A DNA stretch of 64,000 nucleotides from Nageia nagi. Lineage: Eukaryota > Plantae > Pinophyta. The notes beneath the pieces are model-generated. The model was given only the letters and a program-made list of their open reading frames with translations, was not told the origin of the DNA and searched no databases. The stretch covers positions 165,478,001 to 165,542,000 of the forward strand of contig JBITNC010000001.1 in the NCBI GenBank assembly GCA_050084985.1, given 5' to 3'. Shown one piece after another: positions 1 through 14,110 of the stretch; within the stretch, counting starts at the first letter, position 1, and each line of letters opens with the position of its first letter. The translations under genes were made by a program, and so were the position numbers.

Positions 1-2585
1 TGATGATATGGTGGTTCATGAGGATGCTAAAAAAGCTTCATAATTGGTAAAAAAGGAGATTGACAAATATCTTAAGGTGGGATTCATTGAACCTATTGAT
101 TACTCACTTTGGTTATCAAATATTGTTCCAACCATGAAGCCAACTAGAGAGGTCAAATGCTACATAGATTTTAGAGACATTAATAAGGTATGCCCTAAGG
201 ATAAGTTTCTTCTTCCAAATATTGATGTGATAGTGGATTCTATAGCAAGCTATGAAGCATTGTCATTTATAGATGTATTCTCGTGTTATGTATTCTACAT
301 TCCTTGGGGCACATTTTGCTACAAAGTTATGTATTTTTTGGGATAAATAATGGAGGAGCAACTTCTCAAAGGGTCATGGTATCAATGTTTCATGATACGA
401 TTCATAAGGTAGTGGAATTTTATGTAGATGAAAACTTGGTGAAGACAAAGAAAAAGGAAAATCATCTTAGAGACCTCACAGTTGTCTTTGAGATTGAAAA
501 AGTTCAAGATCATATTGAAGCCTAAAAAATGTGCTTTTGGAGTCTCAAGTGAAAGGCTTTTGGGTTTCATAGTATCCATAAGAGGGATTGAGATAGATCA
601 AAAGAAAGTAAAGGAAATCTCATAAATGCTTCATCCAAAGAACCTTGAGAAACATAGAAGTTTTCAAGGCAAAATGCAATTTGTAAGAAGGTTTATAGCT
701 CAATTGGCTAATAGGAATTCTCCTTACAGTCGTCTTCTTAAGAAGGATACAAATTTCATTCGGGATAATAAGTGTCAGTGCATTTGATGATAAAAAAAGG
801 TACTTAATCCCTTTTTTAAGCTCTTGTTGATCCTTCAAAACCTTTATAGTTGTATATATCAACCACTCAAAATGCCTTGGGTAGATTGAGGATAATAAAG
901 AAAGAGAAATTTATTACATTTCAGAAATTATTTCTTAAGCATAAGACAAGGTATACTTCAATAGAAAAGTTATGCTATGCTATAGTATATACAATATAAA
1001 AATTAAGGCATTATATAATCACAAATACAACATTTTTGGTTACTTAAGTTGATGCATTAAAGTGCCTTATATCCAAGAAACATCTCAAGGACAAATAATT
1101 AAATGGATAGTGCTTCTTGAAGAATTTGATCTCATTTATATGCATCAAAATAACATTAAAGGGCAAGCTATAGAAGATTTCTTAACATAAATTCCTTACC
1201 AAGAATCAAACCCATAAAATGCAAAACTCAGAGATGAAATTACGAAGATGAAGATAAGGAATGATTCGTATACTTTGATGGATCAAAGTGTATAAGAGGA
1301 GTTGGGGAAGGAATCATTCTCATTACCCCACAAGATCAAATTATCCTCGTGGCATACAAGCTTGCTTTTGATTGTACAAATAACATGCTTGAGTATGAGG
1401 CTCTCATTTTGGCACTAGAGGTTGTTATAATGGTCAGAGTAACCAACATAAGGATTTATGGGAATTCTTAGCTTGTTAATCAAATTAATGGTATCTACAA
1501 TACAAAAGATGAAAAGTTCATTCCATACAAGGAGCTTAATGAGGAAATTTTAGGAGCTCATTTCATCAAGGTGCAAGATGAAAGTATTCCAAGAAAAAAT
1601 AATAGATTTGTTGATGATATGGCTAATGCAACTTCTTTAACACCAATTGAAGTTGAGAATAAAGAAACAATAATAAGGATATAGAGTATTAATAATCCTT
1701 CTCATACTCCTACTGAAGATAATGTGCAAGAAGTTCTAAATATGCTTGAATTGATGGCTTATTATATTATACCATACAAAGCATGGTATACAGAAATCTA
1801 CAAGTATCTCAAGGATGGTACAATACCTAAAAGTTGCAAGAGGAAAAATTAAAGAACAAGGATCAAAAAGATAACTACAAGGTATGTAATTATTGTTGAT
1901 CTTCTTTTTAAAAGATCTTTTGAAAGTACATTATCGAGATGTTTACTTCATGATGAGGCTGAAAGAGAAATAGAGCATGTCCATGATAGCCAAAGTGGAG
2001 GACATTTTAATGGTAGGGCTATTTATCATAAAATTGTAATATTAGGATATTATTGGCCATCCATGGTGGAAAATTATACTATTCATGTAAGAAAATATCA
2101 AAGTTATCAAAAACATGTCAATTTGCACTTAACACCTTGTCATGAGGCTCGTACAATGGTTTATCCTTGGCCTTTCTCTATTTGGGTTGTGGATCTCATA
2201 AGAGTGATTAAACTTAAGTCAAAGGAAGGACATAAGTTTATAATCATAACTATAAAGTATTTTAAAAAGTTGGCTAAAGCTATCCCACTAAGATCATCTA
2301 AAGGATGTCAAATAGTAAAGTTTTTCAATGAGAACATCATAGTAAGATTTGATTTTCCATCAAAAATTATCATGGGCAACAAAACTAATTTCAAGGCAAT
2401 GATGTCAGGAATTTTTTCAAGGCTTTCAATATTCAACAAAAAATTTCTTCCACATATTATCCTCAAAGAAATGGACAAGTTGAAGCAACAAATAAAACCA
2501 TTATTAATATCTAGTGTAAAATAGTTCAAAGGCATTGAAGAGATTGGCATGAGCACTTGGTATATGCTTTGTGGGCATATAAAAC
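1..2585 (+). pseudogene. Degenerate Ty3/gypsy (Tat/Ogre-type) pol, part 1: RT, RNase H, additional archaeal-type RNase H, integrase N-terminal part and core
   Basis: RT motifs WLSNIVP / CYIDFRDINKVCPKD (44-346). aRH motif YFDGS...CTNNMLEYEAL at ~1271-1410 lies between RH and INT. Integrase GYYWP...PWPFSIWVVDL (2040-2200). Many stops and frameshifts. Confidence 0.9.
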
Positions 2586-2830
2586 TATTAGACACCTAAT
2601 CCTTAAGGATTATGGTAAATATAATATAGTACTAGTTACTATATTTAGTAAATTCATAGCTAAATGTGTGGTAGAATTCTTACTGTCGCTTCTATAAGAA
2701 TATGAAGAGTTACATTGTCTCTCAAGAATCACCTAAGAAGGTGAATGTGAAGAGTCAAGCTTCTTGTGTATTAAAGCATTATTCTAACCTAATATAATGC
2801 TTTTTGATCTTGGAGTTATTCGACTTGGCA
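2586..2830 (+). repeat. 5' LTR of Copia element 1
   Basis: Direct repeat of 8216-8464, ends in CA and is followed by a tRNA-Met-type PBS. Confidence 0.9.
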
Positions 2831-3999
2831 TTGGTATCAAAGCTATAAGGTTTTCATTCTCTAACTCAATGAAAATCAAAAAGTGATTTTGTCCAAAGTT
2901 TTCCATAAATCTTTGTTTTACATTTTTTGCAAATTTTATTTCTCAAAATCTATCTGTAAGCCTATATTTGGATTCTTCTCATTGTTATGGTCGTTTTGAT
3001 ATATAACGTGATCTATTGAGCAACAAAAATGGTGAAGTTATGCATGTTTGAAGTTTCAACCTGATTTATGGTTTTTGAGACGATTTTTGAGATCCTTAAT
3101 GGTATTAATTTTCTAAAAGGGTGTTCTTTGGAGAAACGTGTTGTATCAAACGTGAACACTCCCTGCTGCTTGGCGCCCATCCTCTCGAGCGTTGGTTTAT
3201 ACTGGATCTACCTCTAAGCCCCTGCACCTCACCAAACAGTCACTGATTTCACCAGCCCCACCGGTCAATACCACCCCGGCAGCCGACCATGTCTCCTAAA
3301 CCTGTGCATTGATAAACTTCATCGGACCCAACATCGTTTAGACTGACCCCCGCTGTTTCTGCACGTCCCAGCCCTCCGCGCGCATTCAAACCACAGCCAT
3401 TCTCGCGCGCCTTACCACCCACCAAACCGAGCGCCTCCCCAAAGCCCTGTTGTCTGCGCACATTACTTCACAGGTTGATCGGACGTGAACACTGTAGACC
3501 AAAACCACTCTTCGACACCCGACCTCACCCGACTCCGTTGTCCATCGTTCTGACCTGCCATGTGGCATACCTACTCCACTGCACAGCCAGCACACACACA
3601 TCTACCACGTTTATAGCCCAGTGGCACCTCGTCAACAGCATCTGCCCAGTCAACACTTACATAGTGCCACGTAAGTTGGACGTGTCAAATCTGCCAAATC
3701 AATGCTTGTGCCATGTCAGTAGCCCTACCCTGCCACATCATCCTGCCCTGCACAATCAACATTTTACCTCGATTTTTGTGCCCAATCAGCATTTTGAGAT
3801 CATTTTTTATCTATTTTTGAAGATTTTTTTTCTTTGGATCCAAAATTTCAATGGCTACAATTTGAGATGATTTTCAAACTTTGAAAATGTACAAATTTTG
3901 ATAGAAATACAGAATTTGTGTAAACTTATTTTTGGGAAAAGATAAATTTTGAAAATTTTGAGATAGTAAAACTTTGTTGAAAAATACATTCACTTGTGA

Positions 4000-6900
4000 G
4001 CATTGTTGAAATAGTGTTAACTGGTAAAGAAAATTTTTCGGAGTGGTCTAGAAAAATTAAGCATACCTTGATTTTCAATGATTTTTGGGTTGCCATTTAT
4101 GATGGTGATAACCTACCAAACCGACTGATGCCAAGAAGCTTACATTTTGGAACATGAAAAATAGTAAGCAATATGCTTTGATTGCATTTTCGGTTAATGA
4201 AGAGATTAATCGCCATATTATCTTCATAGGTGATGCGTGGAATACATTGAAGAAATTCAAAGACTTGTTTGACTCCCATTCCAAATTGGAATTAATCCAA
4301 CTCCAACTGAAACTTTTTAACTTATGATGATATTATCATGCATGATATTGACTCTATTGGTGTGAAGATTGACATCACTCTTATAGCTTTGATTAAGGCA
4401 TTGTACCCGACATATTCAAATTATCTCAAATACTTGCAAGCTAGTGGTAATTTGAAGTCTTTCACATTTGATACTTTGATGGATAAGATTGCGAAATGTG
4501 AGAAGGCATTTAGCAAGAAATCTAGTGATCCTACTTCAAATAAATTGTGTATTGCTCAAAAAGGAAAGGATGTTGCCTATGATTCTTCTCGAAGTGAAGG
4601 TAGCAATCGTGGTCATGGTAGGAGGAATCGCAAAGGCAAGGGGGGCAAATCTAATCAAGGTGATTGTGATGAGAGAAACAATCTCCACTGTAAAAGATGT
4701 GATAGATAAGGCCATCAAGCTAATATTTGTTGCACTCCATGATATAAAATTAAAGAAATGAACAAAAAACAGAAGCATGACAATAGTAAGAAACCTAATT
4801 CCACTCACTATGTTACAGCTCACTGTAACACTACAATTGAAAATTTGTGTAATACTTCATTTGCATCTTGGGAGGATGCATGGTTGCTTGATATTGGTGT
4901 GACATGTCACATGTCATTTTGATGGGACTTATTTGAAAATATGAATACCAACATTAATAGTGCAGTATACATTATTGATGGATCCAATATCAAACCTTTA
5001 GGTATTGGTACCGTGAGACTCAAATTGTCAGGCATTCCAGATATGATTCTTCGTGATATGCTCTACTTTCATGAATTGCGAAGGAACATGTTATCTCTTT
5101 TGCTCATTCATCAATAAGAACACTCAATCCATATGTTCAATGGCAAAGTGGAGATAAGGTCGTCTTCAAATGGTGATGACTAGTGGGGAGGATGAGAAGT
5201 TGTTGAATATGCATGGAAGTTCTACCAAATCAAAGAATTTTGCCTCCCTCACACATCAAGAAAAGGTACTCTCTCATCTAGTCTTTTGTGGCGTGCAAGA
5301 TTTGGCCATCTCAATTTTGATGATCTCTGTTTGTTGAAAAAGAGAGGTCTTTTAGGATTGCCTACTATTCCTAGGAACATAGAACCTTGTGAAGCATGTG
5401 TCCTATGAAAGCACAACAAACAACCTTTTCCTGATTCAAAATTTAGAGCATATAGAAAACTAGAACTCATTCACTCTAATTTGTGTGGACCATTGCCTAT
5501 CCCTTTTGTTGTTGGAAACCAATATATCATGACTCTCATAGATGATTACACTAAGGTGTGTTGGGTGTATTTGTTGAAGAACAAGTCTTAATGTTTTGAA
5601 AAGTTTAAGCAATTTCATGTGATGATTAAGAAAGAAGCTCACACTCATATTGGCACACTTCGTTCTAATAATGGGGGTGAATACACATCAGTTGAATTCA
5701 TAAACTATCTTAGTCAACATGGAATCAAGTATCAAACCATTATTCCCTACAATCCAAAATAGAATGGTGTAAATGAAAGGATGAATAGAACTTTGTTGAA
5801 TATGCCTCGTGCAATGTTGTTTTTCAAGAATGTGAAAATGATGTTTTGGGGTGATGCAGTTCTATGTGCAGTGTATGTCAGAAACATATGCCCATCTCAT
5901 GCTCTTGACAATAAGACTCCATATGAAATGTGGTTTGGTTGTGTTCCTTTGGTTCGACATCTTAGAGGTTTTGGTTCCACATGTTATGCCCTAGTCCTTA
6001 AGGAACAAAGAAACAAACTTGGTGCCAAGAGTCAAAAATGTATTTTCTTGGGGTACTCAGATACTACCAAGGGCTATAAGCTTTATGACAAGGTAAACAA
6101 AAAGTTCCTCTTTGCAAAGGATGTCATTTTTTTGGAATGTTCCAATAGTGACTTTACTATTGAGCGACAACTTGATCACCTTGATAAGTTTACCCGTGGA
6201 AAGCATTTCTTTGAAGTTGATTATGAGATTCCAAATCTTAAGGGGATCCCTATATTGGATCAATCTTTGGAATCTACACCACTCGCGTCTATTTCAGAAG
6301 TGCCTGATCCAACAATAGCACTTGTTCTAGTGATACAAACACCTCCTCCACCACAATAAGATCCTTCCTCTTTGTCAATTCTGAAAACTCCTTTAGATGA
6401 TGTGATTGATGGGATTGGTACGTTGAGTCTTAAAGGGAATGAAGAACCTCCTCAACTTGTTAAGCAACCAGAAACATCGTAGAAAATTTCGAAATGGCTA
6501 TCAAAAATACTTGAGAGTGTTCATCTTGATGATGTTGGAAAGACAAGAACTAGGAGTTCCTACAGAGAAAGACTTGAAGATGGAGCAGTAAAGGGTCCAT
6601 ATTCAAGAGATGATGTTGAAGATATGGAATGTTCATTTGATTGTGAATTAAATTTCTCTATTGATTGTGAGTCGACTTCCTTTAAAAAAGTTTTTTCTCA
6701 TGATGTCTGGAAAGATGCTATGAAGGAGTATGATGCTCTCATTAAGAATGGTATGTGGAAGTTGGTGGATCCTCCATATGGAACCAAACCTATTGGATGC
6801 AAGTGGATCTACAAAAATAAGTACAAATCAACCGACTCACTTGAGAAACACAAAGTGAAGCTTGTGGTTAAGAGTTTTGCACAAAAAGAAGGTATTGACT

Positions 6901-8207
6901 ATGATGAGACCTTTGCTCCCACAACAAAATGGGATATTATTCATTCTTTGTTAGTAATGTTAGCTTAGCATGGTTGGAAAGTTCATCAAATGGATGTGAA
7001 GACTACTTTCTTGAATAGTGATTCGAAAGAGAATGTGTACATGAAACAACTAAAAGGATTTGCAGTGAAGGGTCGAGAACAAAAAGTTTGTAAACTCATC
7101 AAATCCTTGTATGGCCTAAAACAAGCTCCTTGCACTTGGTACAAAAAGCTTACTAAGCATCTCTTGAAGATAAACTTTGAACACTTTAATTTTGATGATG
7201 CAACTTTGTTTGTCAGAAAAGTTAGCAAAACTATTGTATATCTTGTGGTGTATGTAGCTGATCTTTTGATAACAGGGAACAATGAAAGTTACATTGCATC
7301 CATAAAACAAGATTTGAAGAGAGGTGTTGAAATGACAAATATGGAACATCTTCATTACGATTTGGGCATTGAAGTGACACAAAACCTAAGGTACATCTTC
7401 ATTTCCCAAGGGACGTACATTGGAGAGTTGTTGAATAGATTTGGTATGGCATATTGTAATTATTTTTCCACTCCAATGGAACAAAATTTGAAATTGAAAT
7501 TTATTGAAGGGAATGCATTTGAGGATGCAACAAAGTATAGACAACTTGTTGGAAGTCTCATATATCTAACCACAAGTAGACAAGGCATTTCATTTGTAGT
7601 TGGAATTCTTTTTCTCAGTTTATGCAAAAACCATGTGAAGGGCATTGGAATGCAGCAAAAAGAGTTCTCGGATATTTGAAAGGAACACATGAATTAGGGT
7701 TCAAGTATTCCAAGGTGGGAGACTTCAAATTGATTGGATATATAGATTCAGACTTCGATGGTGACAAAGAAAATGGAGTTTCAACTTAAGAATATGCCAT
7801 GACTCTTGGATCAATAGTTATCTCTTGAAGATCACGAAAGCAATCTGTTCCAGTAGATTCCACTACAAAGGCAGAGTATGTGGTTGTTGCAGAGGCAACA
7901 AAGGAGATTGTGTGGCTCAAGAAGATACTGGAAGATTTGCAAGAAAAATAGGTGTATCCAACTCCACTTTTGATTGACAATATTTCTACAATTCAATTGG
8001 CCAAGAACGTAAAGTTTAATGATCGAAACAAAGCATATCAACACGAAGTATCACTTGAATCAACATCATGTAAAGGTTAAGACAATTTAGTTAAAACATT
8101 GTTCCACATATGAATAAACTGCAAGCATCTTCACCAAAGCACTTGGAAGAGAAAAATTTGAGAAGTTCAAGAAGATGCTTGGACTTACCAATACTGCTTC
8201 GGATTAA
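4000..8207 (+). pseudogene. Disrupted copia gag-pol (gag, zinc knuckle, protease, integrase, RT, RNase H)
   Basis: ORF fragments NRTLLNMPRAM, KCIFLGYS, MDVKTTFLN, KLIKSLYGLKQAP, LVVYVADLL in copia order (INT before RT), with multiple stops. The start is approximate. Confidence 0.9.
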
Positions 8208-8215
8208 GGGGGGAA

Positions 8216-8464
8216 TGGTAGACACCTAATCCTAAGGAATTATGGTAAACATAATATAGTAGTAGTTACTTAGTATATTTAGTAAATTTGTAACTAAGTG
8301 TGTGGTAGACTTTTAAGTGTCACTTCTAGAAGAATATAAAGAGTTACATTGTATCTCAAGGGTCACCCAAAAAAGTGAATGTGAAGAGTCAATCTTCTTG
8401 TGTATTAAGGCATTATTCTAACCTAATTCAATGCTTTTTTAACTTGGAGTTATTCAGCCTGGCA
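8216..8464 (+). repeat. 3' LTR of Copia element 1
   Basis: Starts TG after a G-rich polypurine tract, ends CA, followed by the TSD AGAAC. Confidence 0.9.
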
Positions 8465-8930
8465 AGAACTAGTATCAAATTTGTTACATGATGTACTCCA
8501 TACTCTTTGGTATATGAATATGAGGTTGTCTTACCATTAGAAGTTGAGATTCCATCTTTAAGAGTCTTATTGAAGGGAACATTGACTAAAGAAGAAACAA
8601 GGTCAGCAAGGTTAAGGAAACAAGAGATCCTTGATGCAAAAAGAGTAAATTCTCTTGAACATCTCAGGGTTTATCAGAACAAGATCGAAAAATGCATACC
8701 GTAAGAAGATTGGACCATAGGAAATCAAGATTGGTGACTTAGTGCTCAATAAAAATAATCACAACACTAAGCTAGAAAAAGGAAACAAAGGCAAGTTTGA
8801 TTCAAATTGGATTGGACCATACATCATTAAGGAGAAATACAACAATGGGGCATACAAGTTGCAAACCATTGAATAGAATGAGAAAGAGTTCATAATAAAT
8901 GTAATGCATATCAAACTCTTATATGCATGA
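8465..8930 (+). pseudogene. Tat/Ogre gypsy integrase C-terminal part (continuation of 1-2585)
   Basis: VVLPLEVEIPSLRV and KFDSNWIGPYIIKEKYNNGAYKL, i.e. the GPY/F module. Confidence 0.88.
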
Positions 8931-9465
8931 TCAGGACCAAGAAAGTCGATCTTTTATTCATTTTTCATCACAAGATGATTTCACAAGTCTTAAGTATTAA
9001 GATCATATCCTTGCAAAGAAATCTTGTTTTTTGGACCAACATCAACGTTGAGTTGCATGTTAGTCTACATACTTGTTTCAAAGTTCCATCAAGTCATTGG
9101 TTCACAAAAAGGACCTTTTAGAAATTAAAAACATCAAGATTGAATTTTGAGCAACGAATTGCCACCCGAGTTAGGATAGGTTCAAAAAGGATTTAAAAAA
9201 AAATACTTCAAAAGAAAAATACCATTTAAGTTTATATGATGTTTATTCATCTCAAGGAATTCCCTTCTCAAAAATCTAAGTCATGTTCCTTAAGAATGCC
9301 AATGTTAACACTTCTAGTAGTCAACACTATCATGCATTAATAATTTCATCAATAGTCTTCAAACATTTAAAGGTTGTAACAGAAAGGTAAGTACAAGTAA
9401 TGCTTTTTGATACATTATCCTTACTAGAAAATTTTCAAGCATTTTATCCAAAGTATGTTAAAAAA

Positions 9466-9592
9466 GGATCCCAATGGTACCTATAGAAAAGGGTACCCAC
9501 AATGACAAGTTCATTATGAAGATTTCTTAAGGCTATCCCAATGGTACCTAGGGCGAAGGGTACCTGCAATGACAAATTCATTGTGAAGATTC
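9466..9592. repeat. Two diverged ~65-bp tandem copies in the gypsy 3' UTR
   Basis: ATCCCAATGGTACCTA..AAGGGTACC..CAATGACAA.TTCATT.TGAAGATT occurs twice. Confidence 0.7.
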
Positions 9593-10054
9593 CGAAAGAT
9601 TCATTTTAGTACTTTTGGTAACATAGAGTAAAATCTTATACCATTTCTTTCATTAATGTTCCCTTTTATTAACGATGAATCTATGAATGATGAAAGCTTA
9701 CAAGTTCGATATTTGTGATAGAGTTTCTTTTAGTAAGGTTTTCTTTTATCAATGAAAATCTATGCATAGTGAAAGCTCTTATGATATTTTGATCTCAAAG
9801 CATTTATGTTCTATATGTTGTTATGATCTTTGGAAAGCATCTATGTTCTCTCATCTCAAGTTCTTTGCATTTGATTCTTGATAATTGCACTAAGTACTTC
9901 CATAACAATCAATGCAAAGGGGGCAAAATACATCACCAAAAAGTTTTTAATTCAAAGCTTTGTTAAGTACATGGGTGTATTCTTTTTCTCCTCACTCTTT
10001 CCTTTGCAAGCATAATTTCATTTTGTTTCATTAAAACTTGCAAAGAGGGGCAAC

Positions 10055-10793
10055 TATTGACACCTAACTTGGGACCCTTTTTGGCCCAAACTAGTTGTCA
10101 TATGACCCTAAAGATATTATTATCTACTTTAATGTTATATCTTTCATTATTATCAATAATGTTATATCTTATTCATGTTTCTCTTTGTTTGTGTAAGAGC
10201 CTGTGAGCGTCAACACTACTCGATAATAGTGCTAAATGGTGTATATTGTACCTATACAATAGAAGAATATATGCATGGGATGAGTATCATATTTTATATC
10301 AATAGGACCTTATATATACTCTCAAAAAATACTTACGATATCTCTCGGTGCCATTTATCAAGATTGGAATTTGTTGCACTCAAGCTATATGTTACTCTTT
10401 CACAATACATACTAGACTAGGCTAAGTGTATATACTATTATTGGATCTAGGATTGCTCATCCTAACATTATAGGGTTATCAATGTCAACGCTAGGTTGCA
10501 TCACTCCTCGATGTCAACACTTCTTGACATGAGATATTTTTTATTCTTACATTCGCATCCTTACACAAAAGCTTTGTTCTGAGCATCTATTCATGGTCGT
10601 CACGATAAATGAACAAGTATTTATCTTTCTCATTTGTCTCTCATAGGTTTTGTAAGTTGTTAGGTCTACTTCTATTACTAATGTTTTTTTTTTACTTTCA
10701 CAATGTGTTAAGTGTTTGTTCTATTAAGCATCATAAGTTATAGGTTCCATAGTATCGTTTGTTATTTAAGTAGATGCATTATAGCTTTGTAAC
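10055..10793 (+). repeat. Probable 3' LTR of the Tat/Ogre gypsy (right end uncertain)
   Basis: PPT AAAGAGGGGCAAC (10042-10054) is followed by TATTGACACC, a degenerate TGTTGACACC. The end was guessed at TGTAACA. Confidence 0.45.
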
Positions 10794-11166
10794 ACCTCCA
10801 ATTCAAGGTTACATTGTACCATATACAAAGAGCATCATAATATACAATTTTAAACAAAATCAAGCAATATTAGATTACATATAAAAAACAACTTCATTAA
10901 TCATCCCAAATATAACAACTCCTATTAGATGATTTGAATGATTAAATTTTGAATAATCTTTGAAAAACACCTATTACCCTAAACAAATAAACATTTAATA
11001 CAATACAATATTTTCAAGAGTAATTATCATCTCTTTTGATATAAATATTGAATATCCCTGTATAAAACTCTCATCTCTTTCCTAAAGTTGTATATATCGC
11101 CAAAAAAAAAAATGTAACATGCAATGGCCTAAAAATAATAACATTTAGAACAACACAATCCTCCTA

Positions 11167-11565
11167 GAGTGGGATCCCATGGAGGGGCTACAAGATCTAT
11201 TTTTATCGAGCAGGAGATCCCATGAAGCAAAATAATTTATGTTAGAGGATTATTTGGAATCTTCTCCTGAAAAATAGGAGCAAGGCTCCATATTTAAGGT
11301 GGTTAAAAAAGGGTGGAGCTGGAAATTACCCCTACCCACTTAAAATTTTTAGGAAAGTTTTATGCCACTTGTCAAACATCTAAAAATTTTAACCCTAAAT
11401 AAAATGGAGGAAAAATTTCTGAACAAAAATATTTCTTAAATTTTGAAGTTTAAATTTTTAAGCTATCAAACATACTTAATTCATGAGACCACTACTTAAA
11501 AATATTCCTGCTGAGCAACACCCTCTTAGATTTTGTAGGAAACCCCCCTCCATGAGATCCCACCC
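11167..11565. mobile_element. Tourist (PIF/Harbinger)-like MITE, 399 bp
   Basis: Imperfect ~33-38 bp TIRs GAGTGGGATCCCATGGAGGGGCTACAAGATCTA / TAGATTTTGTAGGAAACCCCCCTCCATGAGATCCCACCC, with flanks CTA/TTA. Confidence 0.7.
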
Positions 11566-14005
11566 TTACTTTAGACCAAAAGATCAAATAACTCTTTAAA
11601 CATCATCCTCATGAATAGGAGTCACCAAATGACTTATCTTGAACTAAAGTAAAATAAAATAAACATTACCATACACTTAAACCAAACTCGTGGAGGAAGA
11701 TGATTGGTAGACTTCCAAAGTCAAGATGTAAATAGTGACAATGGGCTTCTCCACGGCCTATCCATTCAACTACCCCATCCACGTCCTCCTCCATGACCAA
11801 ACCACAGTACATAGAAAACTACATTCCGCCGTTCATAACAACTAAAAAATGCATTTCTACGCAGAAAATCTCCCCTCATTTCAACGCTGCTGTGAAAAGA
11901 TATCACATTCGGTGGTAAGGTGTCAACACGCTTCCAAGAACAGGCGCCTGGTTGGAATCATTAACATCAAAGAATATACTCAGACGGAATTTCAGGAACC
12001 AGCTCAGAAAGAGACCTGAAAATGATGATGTAATGGTTGCATCATCGGCCATATGCGGAGTAGTTGGAAAAAGGATACCGACATTGAAGCTAATTCTAAA
12101 TTCTCTTAATGTCCTTTGGCTTCACAGGGAAAAACGTGGAATGTTTCCTTGAAATTACAGACTATTCTAGCCTTCTTTCCAAACCATCGTGCGAGGAAAT
12201 TTCGAAGGGCTGCAGTCTTCTTTGCCGGGTTTTGTTATAGCTGTACAAAGAAGAAAGAAAGAGTCCTTTTTATGCTACTTCGCCATGTGCTGTCCTTAAT
12301 TTGGATTCTCTGAGGGGTTCCGTTTTGTTGTTCATTACGTTTGGATAGTCAATTGAATTGAAGTGCCAAGTCTGAATGGAATTGCTTTAGAAGCTTCTTA
12401 ACAGGGAAAATTAGTAAAATGGTCTAAAGAAATCATCTATTTACTGAAATGGTTCTGATAAATTTTTATTTACAAAATTGATTTTTAGAAAAGTAAAAGG
12501 TATTTTTATGTATGTACGTACAAAATTTATGTATATAAAATTCATGTGTATATATACATAAAAATAAAAATTGTATGTTTTTTTTTATTCATCATCTAAT
12601 AAGTATATACATAAAAATTGTATGTATATATAAAGCTTGTGAGTATATATGTAAAGTTCATGTGTATATGAAAAAAAAAAAAAGGTTTTGTCAATTTCTA
12701 TTTGATGATTGTATATGCAAAAAAGGTCATGCTGACTTCCACTTGAAAACTCTTAAGTGAAAAAAGAAAGGTTCTAGGTTCAAAACTCTCCTCCTTCACA
12801 TGCATGTGGATATACTAAGTCTAATCGATGGTAGTTAAGTCACTCCGCTTGGAATGTGATTCCTAGAAGAGAACCCCAAGACATGGAATTTAAGTCCACC
12901 CTGCAAAGGAAGATTTACCAACAAAAAATATTGAGTGATGGATCGAAATTTTAATATACTCATCACGTTCATGATACATTTTGAATAGAGACTTGATGAA
13001 CAATTTCTTATAAAAACCCAAAAAATAACCTTAAATTTTATATAAAATCACTTTTATAAATACACATTTATCAAAACCATTTTAATAAATAAATGATTTG
13101 TTAGAATTTTTTTGAAGTCTTAAAAAGAAGTATTACGATGGTTTCAGTACAATGATAACCTTTCTCTCATATGCTGGAATTGAAAAAACTGTTTTGAGCC
13201 CGACAAAATTAATAAACTACTTGTAACAACCCCCACAATCGTCCGAAAGACACTGCCCAACAACCCATGGTATAATGGATACCGAAATTCTGATATGCAG
13301 CAATTAAGTTAAATACACGTATATAATCCTTTCACACCAGGAATAGCGTTAGTCGAGATATTCAACTCTATTGTAGACAACAGCTCGCAAATGACACGGC
13401 CTTCACTGTCTATCATCATTCAAACTCCCGCCCAACGAATCATCCCAGCAACATCTTCAACCAAAAGTAGAAAAACAAACATCCACATAAGAACTCTACG
13501 TAATAGAATTCCATTTCCCCTTTAATTATAGGTGTTAAAAAAGATATTAAGAGGGACCCCTTGTCCTTACAACAACCAATCAATTCGCAGTGGCACGAGA
13601 GAAACGAGCCACCAAATCCATGTCAAGCTAGACTTGTTTCGATTTGGGTGTCCAATTTTCAAAGTCTCTCATCATGAGGAACGGAAAGCTTCCGATTTCT
13701 TAGTATAATTCCAATTTCTTAAAATAAGTTCAACGTCGAAAGGACGATGGATAAGTCCTTCGATTCTCCAATTTAAATATCAGCAGCAGCGAATTCTTTG
13801 GCTCGCTATGAAGGTTGTGAAAAAACTAGTGCCGTGCTTTAACTAGTAACTCGCCTCCCGTCCTCATTGTTCTAGATTTATGCTTACCTATAATTCTCCG
13901 TACTGCATACCAGTTTCAAGAAAGCGTGTTATTTTTTTCTTCTCTAAAACCTCCAGTCAGGGAGCGATTTTGTTGACCTTAGCGTTTTCCATACCCGGGA
14001 ACTCG

Positions 14006-14013
14006 TTTAAATA
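14006..14013 (+). promoter_or_regulatory. Candidate TATA box of the LBD gene
   Basis: TTTAAATA about 100 bp upstream of the ATG, followed by a pyrimidine-rich leader. Confidence 0.4.
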
Positions 14014-14110
14014 CGAGCTATATCTCAGCCGGTGTTCATTCATCTCATTCTCCACCACCTTATTCTGCTCTATTCAGCTGGATTGGAAATAGGAAAAAAC
14101 ACAACACAAA

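Larger units (their letters stand above)
2586..8464 (+). mobile_element. Full-length but degenerate Ty1/copia LTR retrotransposon inserted in the gypsy integrase
   Basis: LTRs 2586-2830 and 8216-8464 (~86% identical by eye). PBS TGGTATCAAAGC 2832-2843; purine tract 8206-8215; TSD AAAAC (2581-2585)/AGAAC (8465-8469). Removing it restores host WAYRTS..TPYSLVY..VVLPLEVEIPSLR. Confidence 0.93.
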
